DNA of 64,000 bases, from assembly GCA_002189035.1 (NCBI GenBank), contig NEEC01000002.1, positions 4,650,001 through 4,714,000 on the forward strand, given 5' to 3'. Below the pieces are notes generated by a model. It did not search any database. It had not been told where the DNA came from and saw only the letters and a program-made list of their open reading frames with translations. Each line of letters starts with the position of its first letter. Position 1 is the stretch's first letter. Source of the DNA: Utricularia gibba (lineage: Eukaryota > Plantae > Magnoliophyta). This document shows, piece after piece, positions 12,746 to 25,950 of this stretch. Made by a program: the position numbers and the translations under genes.

Positions 12746-14485
12746 TAAGTTTTAATGTTGTCAAGGACTTGGTAGTCAGAACTCATGCCTTCTAAGCCTT
12801 GGGCATCAACTCTATCCTCTTTTAAAACAGTCATCCCATTGCTTTCTATTCTTGTGCCATTGGAGAGATATACAAAGGCCTATCTATCTTCGAAAAATAG
12901 TTGATTGTTGTCCTCCAAGCAATTCTCTATTTGAAACACTATTTGGTTGGCTGCCCTTTATAGTGTACAACAATCATCATAGTCTGCATTTTTTTATGTG
13001 AACAAGGCTACTTTTTCAGCAAAAATGGATGTCCAAGCTACTCACCTTTGATTTTAAAATTCATTATAATTATGGGAAACTAAATCATGCAGCTAATGCT
13101 TTATCTCGTCAAGTTTATGTGCATTCCATCTCAATCTTACAACCTGATTGGTTGAGTGAATTGCAACTAAGCTACAAGCAGGACCCTTTTCTAGAAGCTG
13201 GGTACATTGATAAACTTCAAGATCCTTCATCCCACCCTACCTTCCTCCAATATTGCAACTAAGAATCGGTGACCACTTTGGCATTCAAACCACTTATCAT
13301 CATCTCAAGAGATATTTTATTGAAAAAAAAATTTTGAAAGATGTTCAATAATAAATCCATGAATGTATCCACTTTGACAATGCTTCAAGTCCCGGACTTC
13401 TCTAACCATTAGCCATCCTTAAATGCTAATGGACTTCCATAAGCATGCATTTTATAGAGGGACTTCCCTCTTCACATGGAAAAACTACGATTCTGGTTTT
13501 GGTTGACTATTTTATGAAATATGCACATTTTTTCACTCTCATGCAATCCTACACAACAGAAATTGTGGCTGATCTCTCCATTGACACAATTTATAAACTG
13601 CATAGCTTACCTGAGAGCATTGTTTCTAATCATGACAAAATTTTCACTAGCTTCATGTGGACTGCACTCTGTCAACAATTGTATATTCAGCTCAACCTCT
13701 CTACTGTGTACAACTGAGCGAGTTAATCAGATGGTAAAATTGAGCAAGTTAATCAATGTTTGAAAACACACCTTCAAGGCATGTGTCATCAGCATCCATT
13801 AAATTGAAGTCAATGCATACCTTTAGCTGAAATTTGATAAAACACCTCATTTCACCCTAGCATCAAACTCACTCCTTTTGAGGCTTTATATGGTTATCCT
13901 CCCACTCATTTACTTAGAGCACCATCCGATTTTCTAGAAAACACTCTTATTACAACCTTACAAGAGCGTCTTTAAATGATTGGCACCCTTACACAACATT
14001 TGGTACAAGCTCAAACTTGAATGAAATTCTATTCTTATAAGGGTCGCACAGAGAAGACTTTTGATGTTGGTAATCTGGTTTACCTGAAATTGCAACTATA
14101 TTGTCAGACCTCATTAGCTGTTCATTAGAATCTAATGCTAGCTTACAAATATTGTGGACTGTACCTCAGTTGTAGAGAAAATTGCAATCATCACCTATCA
14201 CCTAACCTACCTCCAAAGAGCAAAATCCACCTTGTTTCCCATGTCTCACTTTTGAAGAAATGCCTCAGCCCAAAATATGTTATGTCGCCTATCCCACCCG
14301 ATTGTGATCCGTGCCCTATTCGTATTTTGGATCGTCACATCATTGGCCATCACGACTACCCCTTTCTCACTTTCTTATCCATTGGGAGGGCACCCATCTT
14401 GTTATAGCTACCTGGGAAGATGCTCATTACTTCCGTCTCACTTTTCCACAACTTGATCCTTGAGGACAAGGATCTTCTACAGCAC

Positions 14486-16486
14486 TGATGTTGCATAAAA
14501 TTTTATCATATTTGTGCTACTTTCAGCATTAGGATAAGCAATTATGTGAATTAGAATAGAGAAAAAAGGGAAAAATTAGCGTTAGTAAATTTATTTTCAA
14601 TAAAAACATGTTTTAGGCCATATTTGTGAATCTGAGGATTGGTGATAGTACGATATTCTACATTGGTTATGGACGGGGGAAAAAGATGTGCTTAAATAGA
14701 GAAACCCTCCTAATCATGCATAAGGTCTTCTCCTCAAAAGGAAAAAAATATAAAACCATGAGGGTTAGGTACCCGAAGTGGATAATATAATGCAAGGTGA
14801 GGCTCACTCGTGCCATTTGGTATTAGAGCCAAACTCGGACTTGTGCCAATGCTGGGATGAGATGGCACTCATCGAGGATGCAAATGGAAAAGGGGAAAGG
14901 GTTCTGAAAAGAAAAGGAAAAAGAGGCTGCAACTGTGTGGAGTTGGTAAAGAGGGTGGCACCCTCTACTGATTTCATGAGGCCAAATCCAAAAAAAAACT
15001 CTTGATCTTGGTTTCTAAGGCTGCCACACTAAAGTTGTTGAGGTCAAGAGGATGCACCCATGCATGTAAATGGTCACATAGCTAATGTACTCATGATATG
15101 TTAAATGTTAATGTTTATTCTTCATGTTACTTAGTAAGCATTTATTTTGAATAGTTGCATACTTGCTCAACATGGTCTTATTGATTCTTTGTATTTCATT
15201 CAGTGCCTTGACCACTAATTATTCCAAGAAATGAAAATCAAAAGAAAAATTATGTGTTGTGATCTAGGTCATAGGGGAAGGGATCTCACTGCAAGCCATT
15301 TTGGTGTCTCTTGGTTGTGGGCCTAGGTTGGTCCTTCGAAGTAGAACTTGCATCCAAACCAGTCCTTATGTTTCTAGATTGTCTTTGTGAGTTCTTTAAA
15401 CGTTGAGTCTATGTAGGGAGTTGTGTCAATTAAACTAAACATGTTGTCCACACCATGCTTCTCTATGGTTATATGAATGACTTTTTTTTTTCATTTCACC
15501 TCTTCCTATGTGAATTTCACTAAACGACATCCAACCCTCATGGTTTTACGTTCTCCCCTTTCAATGAAAAAGTCTTATACAAGATTAAAAACATCACTCT
15601 ATTTAAGCACATCCTCTCCCCCATCCATAGTTAATGTGGGATATCATACTGTCACTAGGTCTCTAGCCTTACAAACAGCCCATTTGGGCTAGGCTGCATA
15701 AACTGACCGATTTGCAAAGTGATTATTTGTCTAGCGGCAAAAGGGGATCGCAAGTCCACTATGAAGAGAGAGATAAGCAAGATCAGCAGAAATAAAGGAA
15801 GGAACAACCTAAGGCATGCGAGGCTTTGTCATGGCATGCAAGAGGGGTAGGCCAAAGTGAGTGAAGAGAGAAGAGAATTCATCCTATTGGAGATATTTTC
15901 CAACAAAAGTTTTCATTTTTCCAAGCAAAGAAGATGAAGGAAGACAGTTCCAACATGACACTGAAATTAGCCTTTGATTCTCAAAATCCAACAATGAGAC
16001 CTTCTACAATGAAGCTCAAGGATTAGCAGTTTGAGAAGAAGATGACGCATGAGCGAGAATGGAACTCTGGAGTAGTAAAATGAACAATTTTATTGTTTGC
16101 ATTTCTCTTCATGAACTTGTGAGTTCTTTACATTTTTTGTTTGAATGCCATCATCAATTGAGCATGTTTACTTAATCATTTTACTATATTCATGACCCAA
16201 CCTAGAACAAGAAACCTGTTTTTAGTTATTCCAATGTAGTTTACTCTTGGATTAAGTGCAAAGTTTTCTATTAATTTCCTAAGATGCCAATTTACATATT
16301 CTATTCAATGCTTCTAGATTAATTGTAGATGTAATTTATAAATTTTAGTTGAAGTAGAAGCCCACTTTAAGACAAACCCCTTTTCAATCTTACATGCATA
16401 TAAGACTAATAACTAAAAACCATTTGATCTCTATGGATCAACGTAGATTTCTGTTACTACATTTTTTTCTTTGCAAATACTAATCA
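14486..16486 (+). mobile_element. Probable gypsy LTR (~2 kb)
   Basis: Starts TGATGTTGCATAAAATTTT immediately after the Reina LEDK end and ends ...TACTAATCA. Its 3' end (16380-16486) resembles ~5400-5520. No TSD. Confidence 0.4.
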
Positions 16487-19400
16487 TGTTAGTCACTACA
16501 ACTATCTTTGGTAGGAATATTGGATTTAATGCTCTTTGAAAACATGAATTATTAGTGTTGTGGTGTATTATGCACAAACAGACTTTGAACTTAGGTGCCA
16601 TGCTTGTTGAATAGATGAATCGGGATTATAGGCGTACAAAAATTCAGCATTTAAGCTTTGGTCATATTGTTACACATCTTGTTCATACTCTTTGCCCTGA
16701 AAAACTGTCTGAACTTGAATTCTTCCACGTTGAGACTAAGACAGTACCCGTGGATGCATATTCATTGAAAGTTTATGGACTAATAAAAGCCCAAGGAAGT
16801 GGCTTTGTTTTTAGATCTTTGGCAGGGTTGGAAGGGAGTGTTGTTCCAAGGAAGAAGAAAGAAAACACTTTTTCTCCCTCAACTTCAGCTCATGGAGAAA
16901 AACACTGTTGCTGCCCCAAAATATTGGAAGTGATGAGCAAGGAAATTTCAGACCGGGTTGGCATAGTTACAGAGTTGAAGCAGGGAGTGGCCAATGCCTT
17001 TCTGAACAAGTAATTTTCTACTATGAGGATTTAGTATATTTGGTTTTTATTTTTGTTCTATTTTATTTTCATGTTTAGGATCTTGTTTATGTCAATAAAG
17101 AGTGGTATCTATTAGTTCACGTCTAGACTTAGAGTAATGTTTACTGTATGTTTTTTTTAGTAGCAGTAAACTGTTTCTGATAGCTATGTGATTGAACATT
17201 ACAACTACTAGATAATTTAGTTGCATGAGCTTTGTAGACCTTTCTTATTTCCGTGAGCATGTTTGTATCTTTTTATTTTATGAGAGCATGTGTATGACTA
17301 GAGGAATCTAGGGAGTGTGATCTAGATTAGTTTTATACGAGTTGTTGAACTTCATAGTCACTATGGAATTAGTGGCCAACCACGAAAAAAAATAGAAAAA
17401 CGAATAAAGGGTTGTAAAATAAAGAGAAGGAAAAAAAACATGAGGCCCAAGTTCTAAAAAGCAGCACATATCAAAAGAGCATGTGCGGACTCAATAAGTA
17501 GTGAAAGGGTGAGTAGGAATAGACTAATCCAGAGGAGTATGAAGAAGTATGGTGTTACAAGGTGTGAATGCTTGCCTTACGCTCTGATAAAGAAAAGGCA
17601 ATGGCATTGTGCCCAAATTAGTCTGAAGCAAGCTACCCTTCACTACCCAAAAAAAAAAGAAGAAAAAAATGAGTTGACAACCATGATCTTAAGTGACCTT
17701 CGATGGATCAACTCTATAAGACATGATCTTTGAAAACACTTCTCAAGAGGAATCTACTCATGCACATTTGAGTGATGAAATGGCATGCATACTAGCACCT
17801 CTGTAGCTCATGCATCGAAAATTACTCTTGGTTGTTTATGTTCATCATTGATGCTGAAGGAATTAGTTTCCTGTTAATCTTAGCTAGGACTTGGGAACAA
17901 GTTTAGTGTCATTGTATATAGTGTGAGAGCACACAAATTTTCCTGTTTTATGATAAAAAAATTATGACTTTTTATTATATTTTAGTTTTTTAGTTTACAG
18001 TTTCAAATGTTTTTCCAAAACTTAGAAAAATATGAATTTTGTGTGCAACTGGGCTAAATCCTTCAATTTAACCCATCCCATGTGATTAACCCTCTTTTGA
18101 GTCTAGCAGCAAGTCCCGAAAAGCAAGGTAGGCAATATGGATTTCATGCAAGCATCAGGTTGCAAAAGAAAAAGTAACATGAAGGAAGGAACAATGAGTG
18201 TATTATCACGGCGGCAGTCTACAAGTCAAAGACAAGAATAACAGAGCTGTTAGAGATCATACTTGCCTTGGGAAATGAGAGAAGAAAAGATAATTTTGGG
18301 GGAGAGAGAATCACAAAGAGAGCTTCGGGAGCTACAACACGCACACAGGGGCTCCTCCAATACCACGAACATCAACTAGAGAAGGAGAGGAAGGAGATTC
18401 TCACGAAGAAGACTCTCATCCTCAAGAACACCACCAAGATCCAGGATCCACTTTAGTACTACTATTTTGGGCCATGAACAGCGGTAGACAAGAATCAGAA
18501 CACTCTTTACTTTCTTTTCTTTGTTGAATCTTTTAAGCTTCTGTGACTAACTTTCTCACAATAACTTTGATACTTTAACTACTCCATCTTAATGATATTA
18601 TGTTTTATCTTCCATACATGAGTAGCTAAACATTAAGAATGCCTTAAGGTATAGAATGGTGATGTGGGGCTAAGATTTATAATATAATTGATCATCATTT
18701 CTTAGCATTTGTTTCCATCAATCCTTAGATAGACCTAAGGGGGGGAGAGGAGGGACAAGTAGTTTCATAACTCAAATGTTTGATTTAGAGGTAGACCAAC
18801 AAATTAAGGGGGAAGTAGTAGGTATTAGTACAAGGTAGAACCACTAGAATCGAGTAGACCTAATTCTATATATTTTGCATACGGATAGACCTAATTTGAT
18901 ATTGGTGATGATATTGGAGACTATATTAGCCGAAAACATGATGAATGACCTAGGTAGACTTAGGTCATTTGGAGTTTTGAGTATATAAACTTTGTAGATT
19001 AAATTAGGGACCTTAGTACCACATCATCTGCATACCCTTAAGGCATCTTAATGTTACTTTGTACTAGAACCAGTATTTGTTACCTTTCACGTTGAGATTT
19101 GATTTATACATTGAACTTGTCTACCACTGTTAGTTTGAGCTTAGACTAAGATTAACATTTTGATAACGCATATTTTTTAGTAGCTCAATGCATAGAATTT
19201 ACTCATTTTGCGCTACAAAAATTAAGTTTTATTGCCTAGTTTCGTATTTTTGCGCATAAGCATCGTAATTGTGTTATTTTAGTCTTAGTTGAGACTAAAT
19301 CTGTGATTTAGTCCCAACCTTCTGATAGTTTTATTCGAGCAATGCAATGTAGGTCACAACACAAATCCCAAGGAGCCGAACATGCACAGTGTAGTGGCAA

Positions 19401-20514
19401 AAGATGAGTCCAAAAGTCTGAAAAGTGGTGCACACAAAATCCAAGAAGGAAAAAGGGAGATTTTGGACAAAAAGAGGGAAAGGTGGAGAGAGAAGACAGA
19501 TCTCCCATTGGAGACTCAAGACAAGTTTCTGGAGATTTTCCTGGAGGAAGAAGAAGGAGGGGACGACGAACCAGAAGAACACAACTTCTCTTGAGAAATT
19601 ATTTTCGTTCTTCATATTTATTGTTCCTAGCTAAGACTAGATTTGGATTTCTTGTGTGAACGAAGTGTCTTTCCTACTTCTGCTTCATATTGCTCGCTGT
19701 TGTTTAACATTTGTAGTCAGGATGTTACTTAAGATGTGCTATGAAAATGTTTTACTTTTCATTGTCATGAGTAGCTAAGCACTTAGAGGGGGGTGCCTTG
19801 GGGTGAAGAGGGGAGAAACATGCTAATCCATCCTTAGACCTAATAAATCATAAGTCACACTACTTCCTTAACAAACCAGGATAGATCCAGGAGGGGGAGG
19901 TAGTGAAACCCAACTAACAACCCTAATTAGAGGTAGACCAAAGATTGAGGGGAAAAACAAGAATCTGGGTAGACCTAGATCTTGTGAGTTAGTTGTATGA
20001 TTTTTGATTTATGTGAGCTTGCTTAGTGATAAGCATACATCCCCTAGGAGTCCCAAGGCATCACCCATTTTATTCCAGAAACAACCGAGCTCCAGAACTT
20101 ATGAATTTTCTTTACTGTATTTCGTTTTAATTCTGCCTTAGTACTAGCTAAGACCAATTTACCAACGTCACATTGATTTCATGCTTTGGCTAATCACTTG
20201 ACAAGCACCTACTCTTTGTATTCGACCCTAATCACTGTGCTCATAATTGTTTTATGCTTGAATGTGGGTTAGGTTATAAATTTATTTGATAGAAAAATTT
20301 GCATTTAACGACATTGCATAATTTTTCGTTTATCACATTTATTTTAAATTCTACATCTACTAAAATATTTTACATGCATCACTTCTTATGATCGACCCCA
20401 AAATCTACTATACAAGTTTTCTAAATTTATAATTTTTGTAAATTAGAGTTTATAAATTTATTTGATACGAAGATTTTATTTCTTACAACAATATTAAGAA
20501 ATTTTTGTTTATCA
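16487..20514 (+). mobile_element. Athila-like 3' internal region with accessory-ORF relic (16615-17013) and 3' LTR 17924-20514 (family 'A'-like, interrupted)
   Basis: The LTR starts TGAGAGCACACAAATTTTCC (17924), matching the 5044 terminus of the solo LTR, and ends TTTGTTTATCA (20514). ORF 16615 has the LSFGHIVTHL segment typical of Athila 3' ORF relics. Confidence 0.6.
19161..20335 (+). mobile_element. Solo LTR (family 'B', 1175 bp) nested in another LTR, perfect TSD CATTT
   Basis: Termini TGATAACG...GTTTATCA; CATTT at 19156-19160 and 20336-20340. The host LTR resumes colinearly. Confidence 0.85.
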
Positions 20515-21045
20515 GATCTACAACTTTTTAGAAAATATATATTCTAAGTAGTAATAGCTTTTGAAGAAATAACCATTGCAACTCTATTATAAAACACAAT
20601 CATTTTAATCAATAACATAGTTTTTGTGGAATGAAGAATTATGTTCTCTTCACCCTTGCCTCCTCCCTTGCTCTTCTTCTAGATTTCTACTCTTTAATCC
20701 CCACCATTTTCTTAAGTTGTGACGTCCATGTGGGTTGAGGCCTACTGAATAAGATGTAGTGGCCCTTCCTTGAGCGAAAAAAATACAAATTTTTCACTTC
20801 TTGGGCAACAGAATAGTGAGAACATGTGGCACGCATAGTGTGAACGTGCATCGTTAGCGGAGTGCGTCGAGTGGTGCTTAGCCTCTTTAGCTTTGGGAAC
20901 ACTTATAAAGGGTTACCAGGTGTAGCCACAGGCAGGCGCTTGCCATGTAGACATAATCGCATCTGCCCTTTTCTATTGGGAATTAGTTACCAAATAATAT
21001 CATTATAAAATATACATTTTTCAGGTTAATTTTCTTTTTGTATTA

Positions 21046-21115
21046 TGGGCTTATTCCTAAAAAAAAGGAAAGAAAATTGTACGGGTTTTGACGGTTTGGG
21101 CCAGAAAGCGGCCCA
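21046..21115. promoter_or_regulatory. Cluster of three Site II (TGGGCY) elements in the RAD51 proximal promoter
   Basis: TGGGCT 21046-51, TGGGCC 21097-102, GGCCCA 21110-15, about 110-180 bp upstream of the ATG. Motif match only. Confidence 0.4.
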
Positions 21116-21226
21116 CCATTCAAACAATTGGTTTGGCGCTTCTGCAAAACTGCATTTTCATTTTCGCTCTCATTTCAGAATAGTCAAGGAGAAGCAGCCG
21201 TGATTTGGGTGGAACCAGAGGTTTCG

Positions 21227-23266
21227 ATGGAACAGCTGAGGAATCAGAATATGTTAGCGCCGCAGCAGAATGAGGAATTAGAAGATATCCAGAGTGGGCC
21301 TTTGCCTATCGAGCAGCTTCAGGTGATTCTTCTTACCAAGATGCTAAATCGTAATTTCCAGGGTAGCGTGTCTCTTGATATTGGATGTATTCTGTTGATA
21401 TGCGTGTTTTAATGTTTTTCGTGTTTTCCGTGACTTGTTGATATGGTTTTTGCGGTTTATTGAATGTGGGTTTCGGTAATTTATAACTGATACTGAAAAA
21501 AATTTTGTTGCGCGGCGATGGAAGGCATCTGGGATTGCGTCTGTAGATGTCAAAAAGCTAAAAGATGCTGGATTTTGCACCGTTGAATCAGTAGTATACT
21601 CTCCAAGGAAGGAACTTTTGTTAATAAAGGGTATCAGCGATGCAAAAGTTGATAAAATTGTTGAGGCAGGCAAGTTTACCTATGCATTCTTGGTCCTTCC
21701 GCCGTTGATATTGTACATTGTATCTGGAATTTCCTCATTCTTTGAACACGTTGCAGCATCCAAATTGGTTCCTTTGGGGTTCACAAGTGCCAAACAGATA
21801 CATTCTCAGAGGCTTGAAATAATTCAGATAACTACTGGGTCAAAAGAACTGGATACTGTCCTGGAAGGTTGATGATACAATTGACGAAAAGGTAGAAACT
21901 TTCTTGGTTTATTGCAATACTCAAAATCATTTTTTTGTATTCCAGGAGGAATTGAAACAGGTTCCATCACTGAAATATATGGGGAGTTTCGATCTGGAAA
22001 AACACAACTATGCCACACTCTGTGTGTCACATGCCAAGTAAAGTTCTAGAATGCAATGCTCAAATAGCGTGCATTTCTTTCTTCTTTTTGTTGATTTCAC
22101 TGAATGGTAATGTCATTTTGATAGCTTCCTTTGGATCAAGGTGGAGGTGAAGGAAAGGCAATGTATATTGATGCTGAAGGGACATTCAGGCCACAAAGAC
22201 TGCTGCAAATAGCTGAGAGGTCTGTTCTCTTTGTTGAGAATAAGTGATTCTCATCTCTTTTAAATGCTTTGTTTTCGTTTAGGTATGGAATGAATGGGGC
22301 AGATGTGCTGGATAATGTGGCCTATGCCCGAGCATACAACACTGACCATCAATCTAGGCTTCTCCTTGAAGCTGCCTCAATGATGATTGAGTCAAGGTGC
22401 TGTCGCTATTATGTTATTTTAGTTCAATTTTACTGACAAGCCTTTCATGTTAGTGAAAATATTTTGATGTTCCAGGTTCGCCCTTATGATTGTAGATAGT
22501 GCTACTGCTCTTTATCGAACAGATTTCTCGGGAAGAGGTGAATTATCAGCTAGGCAAATGCATCTTGCGAAGTTCTTGAGAAGCCTTCAAAAGTTAGCAG
22601 ACGAGGTGATTTATTCCATTTGATTCCTCAGGGATATAATTTTTTAGACTGTCACTGAACCACTCCAGAGGCTTAGCTCTTCTTGTAGTGCAACTGAACC
22701 AAGTATACTGGAGTGAGGAGAACATGAACTTAGGAATCCTCCCAACCTCGCTGCATCCCATGCACATGCAGATTCTCTCATTCGATGATTGTATTTGCAT
22801 CCATTATCCTATGCGTGTTGATGCTCCCTGTTTTAATAATACAAAGTTTGTGCTTCATCGATGTAGTTTGGTGTGGCTGTTGTAATAACCAACCAAGTTG
22901 TTGCTCAAGTGGATGGGTCGGCGGTTTTTGCTGGGCCCCAAAGCAAACCTATTGGAGGAAACATTATGGCTCATGCTACTACCACCAGGTTTGTCATTGT
23001 GCTCAACTTGCTTACACACCCTAGTTTCTGAACCATGCTTTTGGAACACGCCCTCAAAAACCAATTTTTGCAACCTTTTGAAATATTTCCTTTACCCTCT
23101 TCAGAATTCAGCACTGGTTAATTTTTTGATGATGTTTAACAGACTAGCTTTGAGGAAAGGAAGGGGGGAAGAGCGGATATGCAAAGTGGTGAGCTCTCCA
23201 TGCCTAGCTGAAACTGAAGCAAGATTTCAGATAACAACAGCGGGTGTTGCAGATGCCAAGGATTAG
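21227..23266 (+). CDS. RAD51: DNA repair/recombination protein RAD51 (342 aa, 9 exons)
   Basis: Exons 21227-21322, 21525-21669, 21757-21867, 21946-22037, 22125-22219, 22283-22396, 22476-22605, 22867-22988, 23143-23266 total 1029 nt in frame. Walker A GEFRSGKT, Walker B MIVDS, FTSA polymerisation motif, [21 protein letters not shown]. Intron 2 is GC-AG. Confidence 0.97.
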
Positions 23267-23799
23267 TATCTTCGTGCCCCTGTGTTTCTAGCTGCAAATA
23301 TTGTGTGCTCTACCAACATGTTGCTCGTCTTTCGCAACACCTCGCTGTCGAACTCATCACAAGGCACTGTGTAAGATTTGGGAATGAAGAAACCAAGTTT
23401 TGTTGAACCATAAAGTTTCAGATAACCTTCTAGTGACCCTGGATCCTACTGCTCAAATATTTTCCATCATAGATTCATCCAGGTTTCATGAAAAACCATT
23501 AGAAATCTCTCTGCCTGAAGAAGTTGAAAATGCTAAACTTTGATATTTACTTGAATTATCAATTGCAATTGAAACTGAAATGGGATTGGTATTTGAACCT
23601 TTATACTTACCTTGCGCTATAGCTTTTTGATTGAGAAGCCCATGTTCTCGAAGTATGCAACGAAAATATGAATTTCATATTTATATTGGTTAATTGAGAA
23701 GGTTCAACTGCATGTAATAGAGTTTTGCATTATGCATTAGAGCATCTCAATAATTTTAAAGTACCCAAAGGTATGAATTATAAAAGTAGAATTGTGTAA

Positions 23800-24000
23800 A
23801 AGCTTTTTGATTAATCTAGTGTCGTCAATACTTTTTTTCTATTCTATATGAATGTACGTTATCATTTGAAAGAACAAAAAGTTGGATATGAGCATTCCAA
23901 AATGCAAGAGATACTTCAATATATAGCATATGTTAAATAAAAATGTGATTGAAAGGTTCACATGTTACGAAAATGAGGTTGGCAATCTTTTGAAGTGCTT
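23800..24000 (+). mobile_element. PIF/Harbinger DDE transposase relic
   Basis: Frameshifted peptides VRYHLKE (~23856-23876) and YFN...NVIERF (~23910-23960), characteristic of the Harbinger transposase C-terminal half. Confidence 0.5.
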
Positions 24001-24439
24001 GCTTCTATTCTATTAAGATGTAATATTTCACATAATTTTGACATGTGGTTTGTTAAACATTTGAAAAAAAGTTATATTGATCTATTTGAGAAGTTGATTC
24101 ATGAATAAAGCTCTCTAACCTAGAATTAGATGGTCATATTCGTACAATTCAAAGTTATGTAGCCTAGAATTCATGATAATTATGAGGAGACAATATTCAA
24201 TGCAGAAATTTAGTTGAATATGCTATTGATAATCAATTTATACTATATTATATGTTTGTGCTGATTTAGTCAAAGCTTGATATTTACAAAGACAATTGCA
24301 GATGTAAAGTAAATTATCTATATTATCTTAAATGTGTTTTATCAATTTAGACAAAATATATTTTTAATCAATTAAGATAACATGTTTTAGAATATTCAAA
24401 TTTTTATTTTACCAAAATCTAGAAAGTGAGACCTAAATG

Positions 24440-25950
24440 TACATGTACATCTTTGGTTTTCATGAAGCATAGCGGTTATGGTTTCTCAAATTTACTGCTT
24501 CTTTAGAATAATTGTTTCAGAACTATTTTAAGGAATATATTTAGACAATGCGAAATGAAAAATTGATACAAATGAATCTGTGATAAGGGACAATTACATA
24601 ATTAAGTAACAAGGGATTAATTTCAAAAGATGGAAGAGGGCTAAATGATTTTGAAAGATAGGTTTAACAAAAGATTGCAAAGACCTAATGTTGAAAAAAT
24701 AAGGAGAATAAGGACAAATGAATTTCTTTATTGATTTGTAATTGGAGTTTCTTTTACAAAATATGCAGATGCTTAAAATAATAATACATTTAATTTTAAC
24801 ATAATTAAACAACTCATCCATTAAATACCAACACATCTAGCTGTAAAAAGTTTCGACAAGTTTGAATTTATTTAATAAAATCAAGCATAAATATTAATTA
24901 ATATCAGAATGTCTACATTTCATATGCCTCATTTTTTTACCTACCTTCATAAGTTGCAGCCAAGTTATGCACGATCAACACACACTTAATTTCAATAGAT
25001 GAAAGAAAGTAGATGAGCTTCACAAAGTTAGTGCAAATAGTTTCAAAGATATCAGAAATGTGTATGGAAGTCAATGGTATTGACATTCTTCGGATGATTT
25101 ACTATGCTATGACTTATTTTTCCTTAGTCATTTGATCCTTTTCCCTCATTTTTGATGCAATAATCCGTAGTTCAGCACAAGTACAATCATTTAGTTTTGT
25201 GATTTCAGCCAAGAAATTAGAATCTCATGCAATGGCTTCTTTTTTCCCACACTTATGATTCATATGTTTTTGAAACCTCTTACATTCTGCTCATAGGTCT
25301 TGATTTCATAATTAGGTATTGTATATTATGAAAAGTTATTATTTTCAAAAAAATTAGACCATTGTTAAAAAAATAAATTCTATTGCCATCATATTAGAAG
25401 ATTGAATCCAAATATAATAGGAATAATGAAACCACTTATACTTATATCCAATCAGTTATTTACTTTATTATTTGATGTATGATAGTAATTATGCAAGTGT
25501 ACATAAATCATTAAAATAATAAAATAAGATTGTATTCATAAAAAAATATTATTGAAATTTTCTTTCACAATAATGACGCAAAAAAATCGAAAATAAAACA
25601 AAATAATAGTTTTAAAAATAATATAAAAGCGGTTTTGAATCTAGAATTCACATTGTTCAAAATTCACTCAAATTTGTGTGTATAAACCTTGATAATTGAT
25701 CTACTGGCGCAAGTTTTGAGGGTATTATTCCAAAATAGTGATATTCTGTAACAGTTATAACATCGTTCTTCATTTAATGGAATTATAAAATCAACCACAT
25801 TACCAGAATCATTTTATCCCCTATGACAACCCATGTTTTTTTCACATTTAAATCTAATCACTACAACTCACACCTAATAGACAAATTAGACATAATATGA
25901 CTTACCAATGATATCCGATTAAGTCTTTCTTTTTAAGTACTTGAGGCCAA
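24440..25950 (-). mobile_element. Possible MULE/MuDR transposase relic
   Basis: Weak motif remnants only (HKC...SNFLAEI at ~25200-25270; TYLSK...INPL at ~24610-24670), with many stops. Confidence 0.25.

Larger units (their letters stand above)
9811..14480 (+). mobile_element. Degenerate Reina-like chromovirus pol (RT, RNase H, integrase, chromodomain), interrupted at about 10.85-12.78 kb
   Basis: Peptides PHHLKKELDKSIKEL (~10040-10090), SKIDAMLSW...KELRGFLG (~10620-10700), KLLTFDFKIHYNYGKLNHAANALSR (13029), MHFIEGLPSSHGKTTILVLVDYFMKYAHF (13445), TPFEALYGYPP, ATWED, and the terminal CCTTGAGGACAAGG (LEDK) at ~14459. Confidence 0.7.

Noticed and set aside
16615-17013. 132-aa ORF as a novel gene or env
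   Set aside because: It lies in the Athila 3' internal region, where accessory-ORF relics are common, and has no signal peptide or fusion features that I can see.
4421-19634. ORFs inside LTRs (4452-4823, 8573-8948, 19331-19634, also 14-322)
   Set aside because: They fall in purine/pyrimidine-skewed LTR segments and their frames are not conserved between LTR copies.
20520-21226. SOG1-binding CTT(N)7AAG motif in the RAD51 promoter
   Set aside because: I looked by eye and found no exact match, so none is reported.
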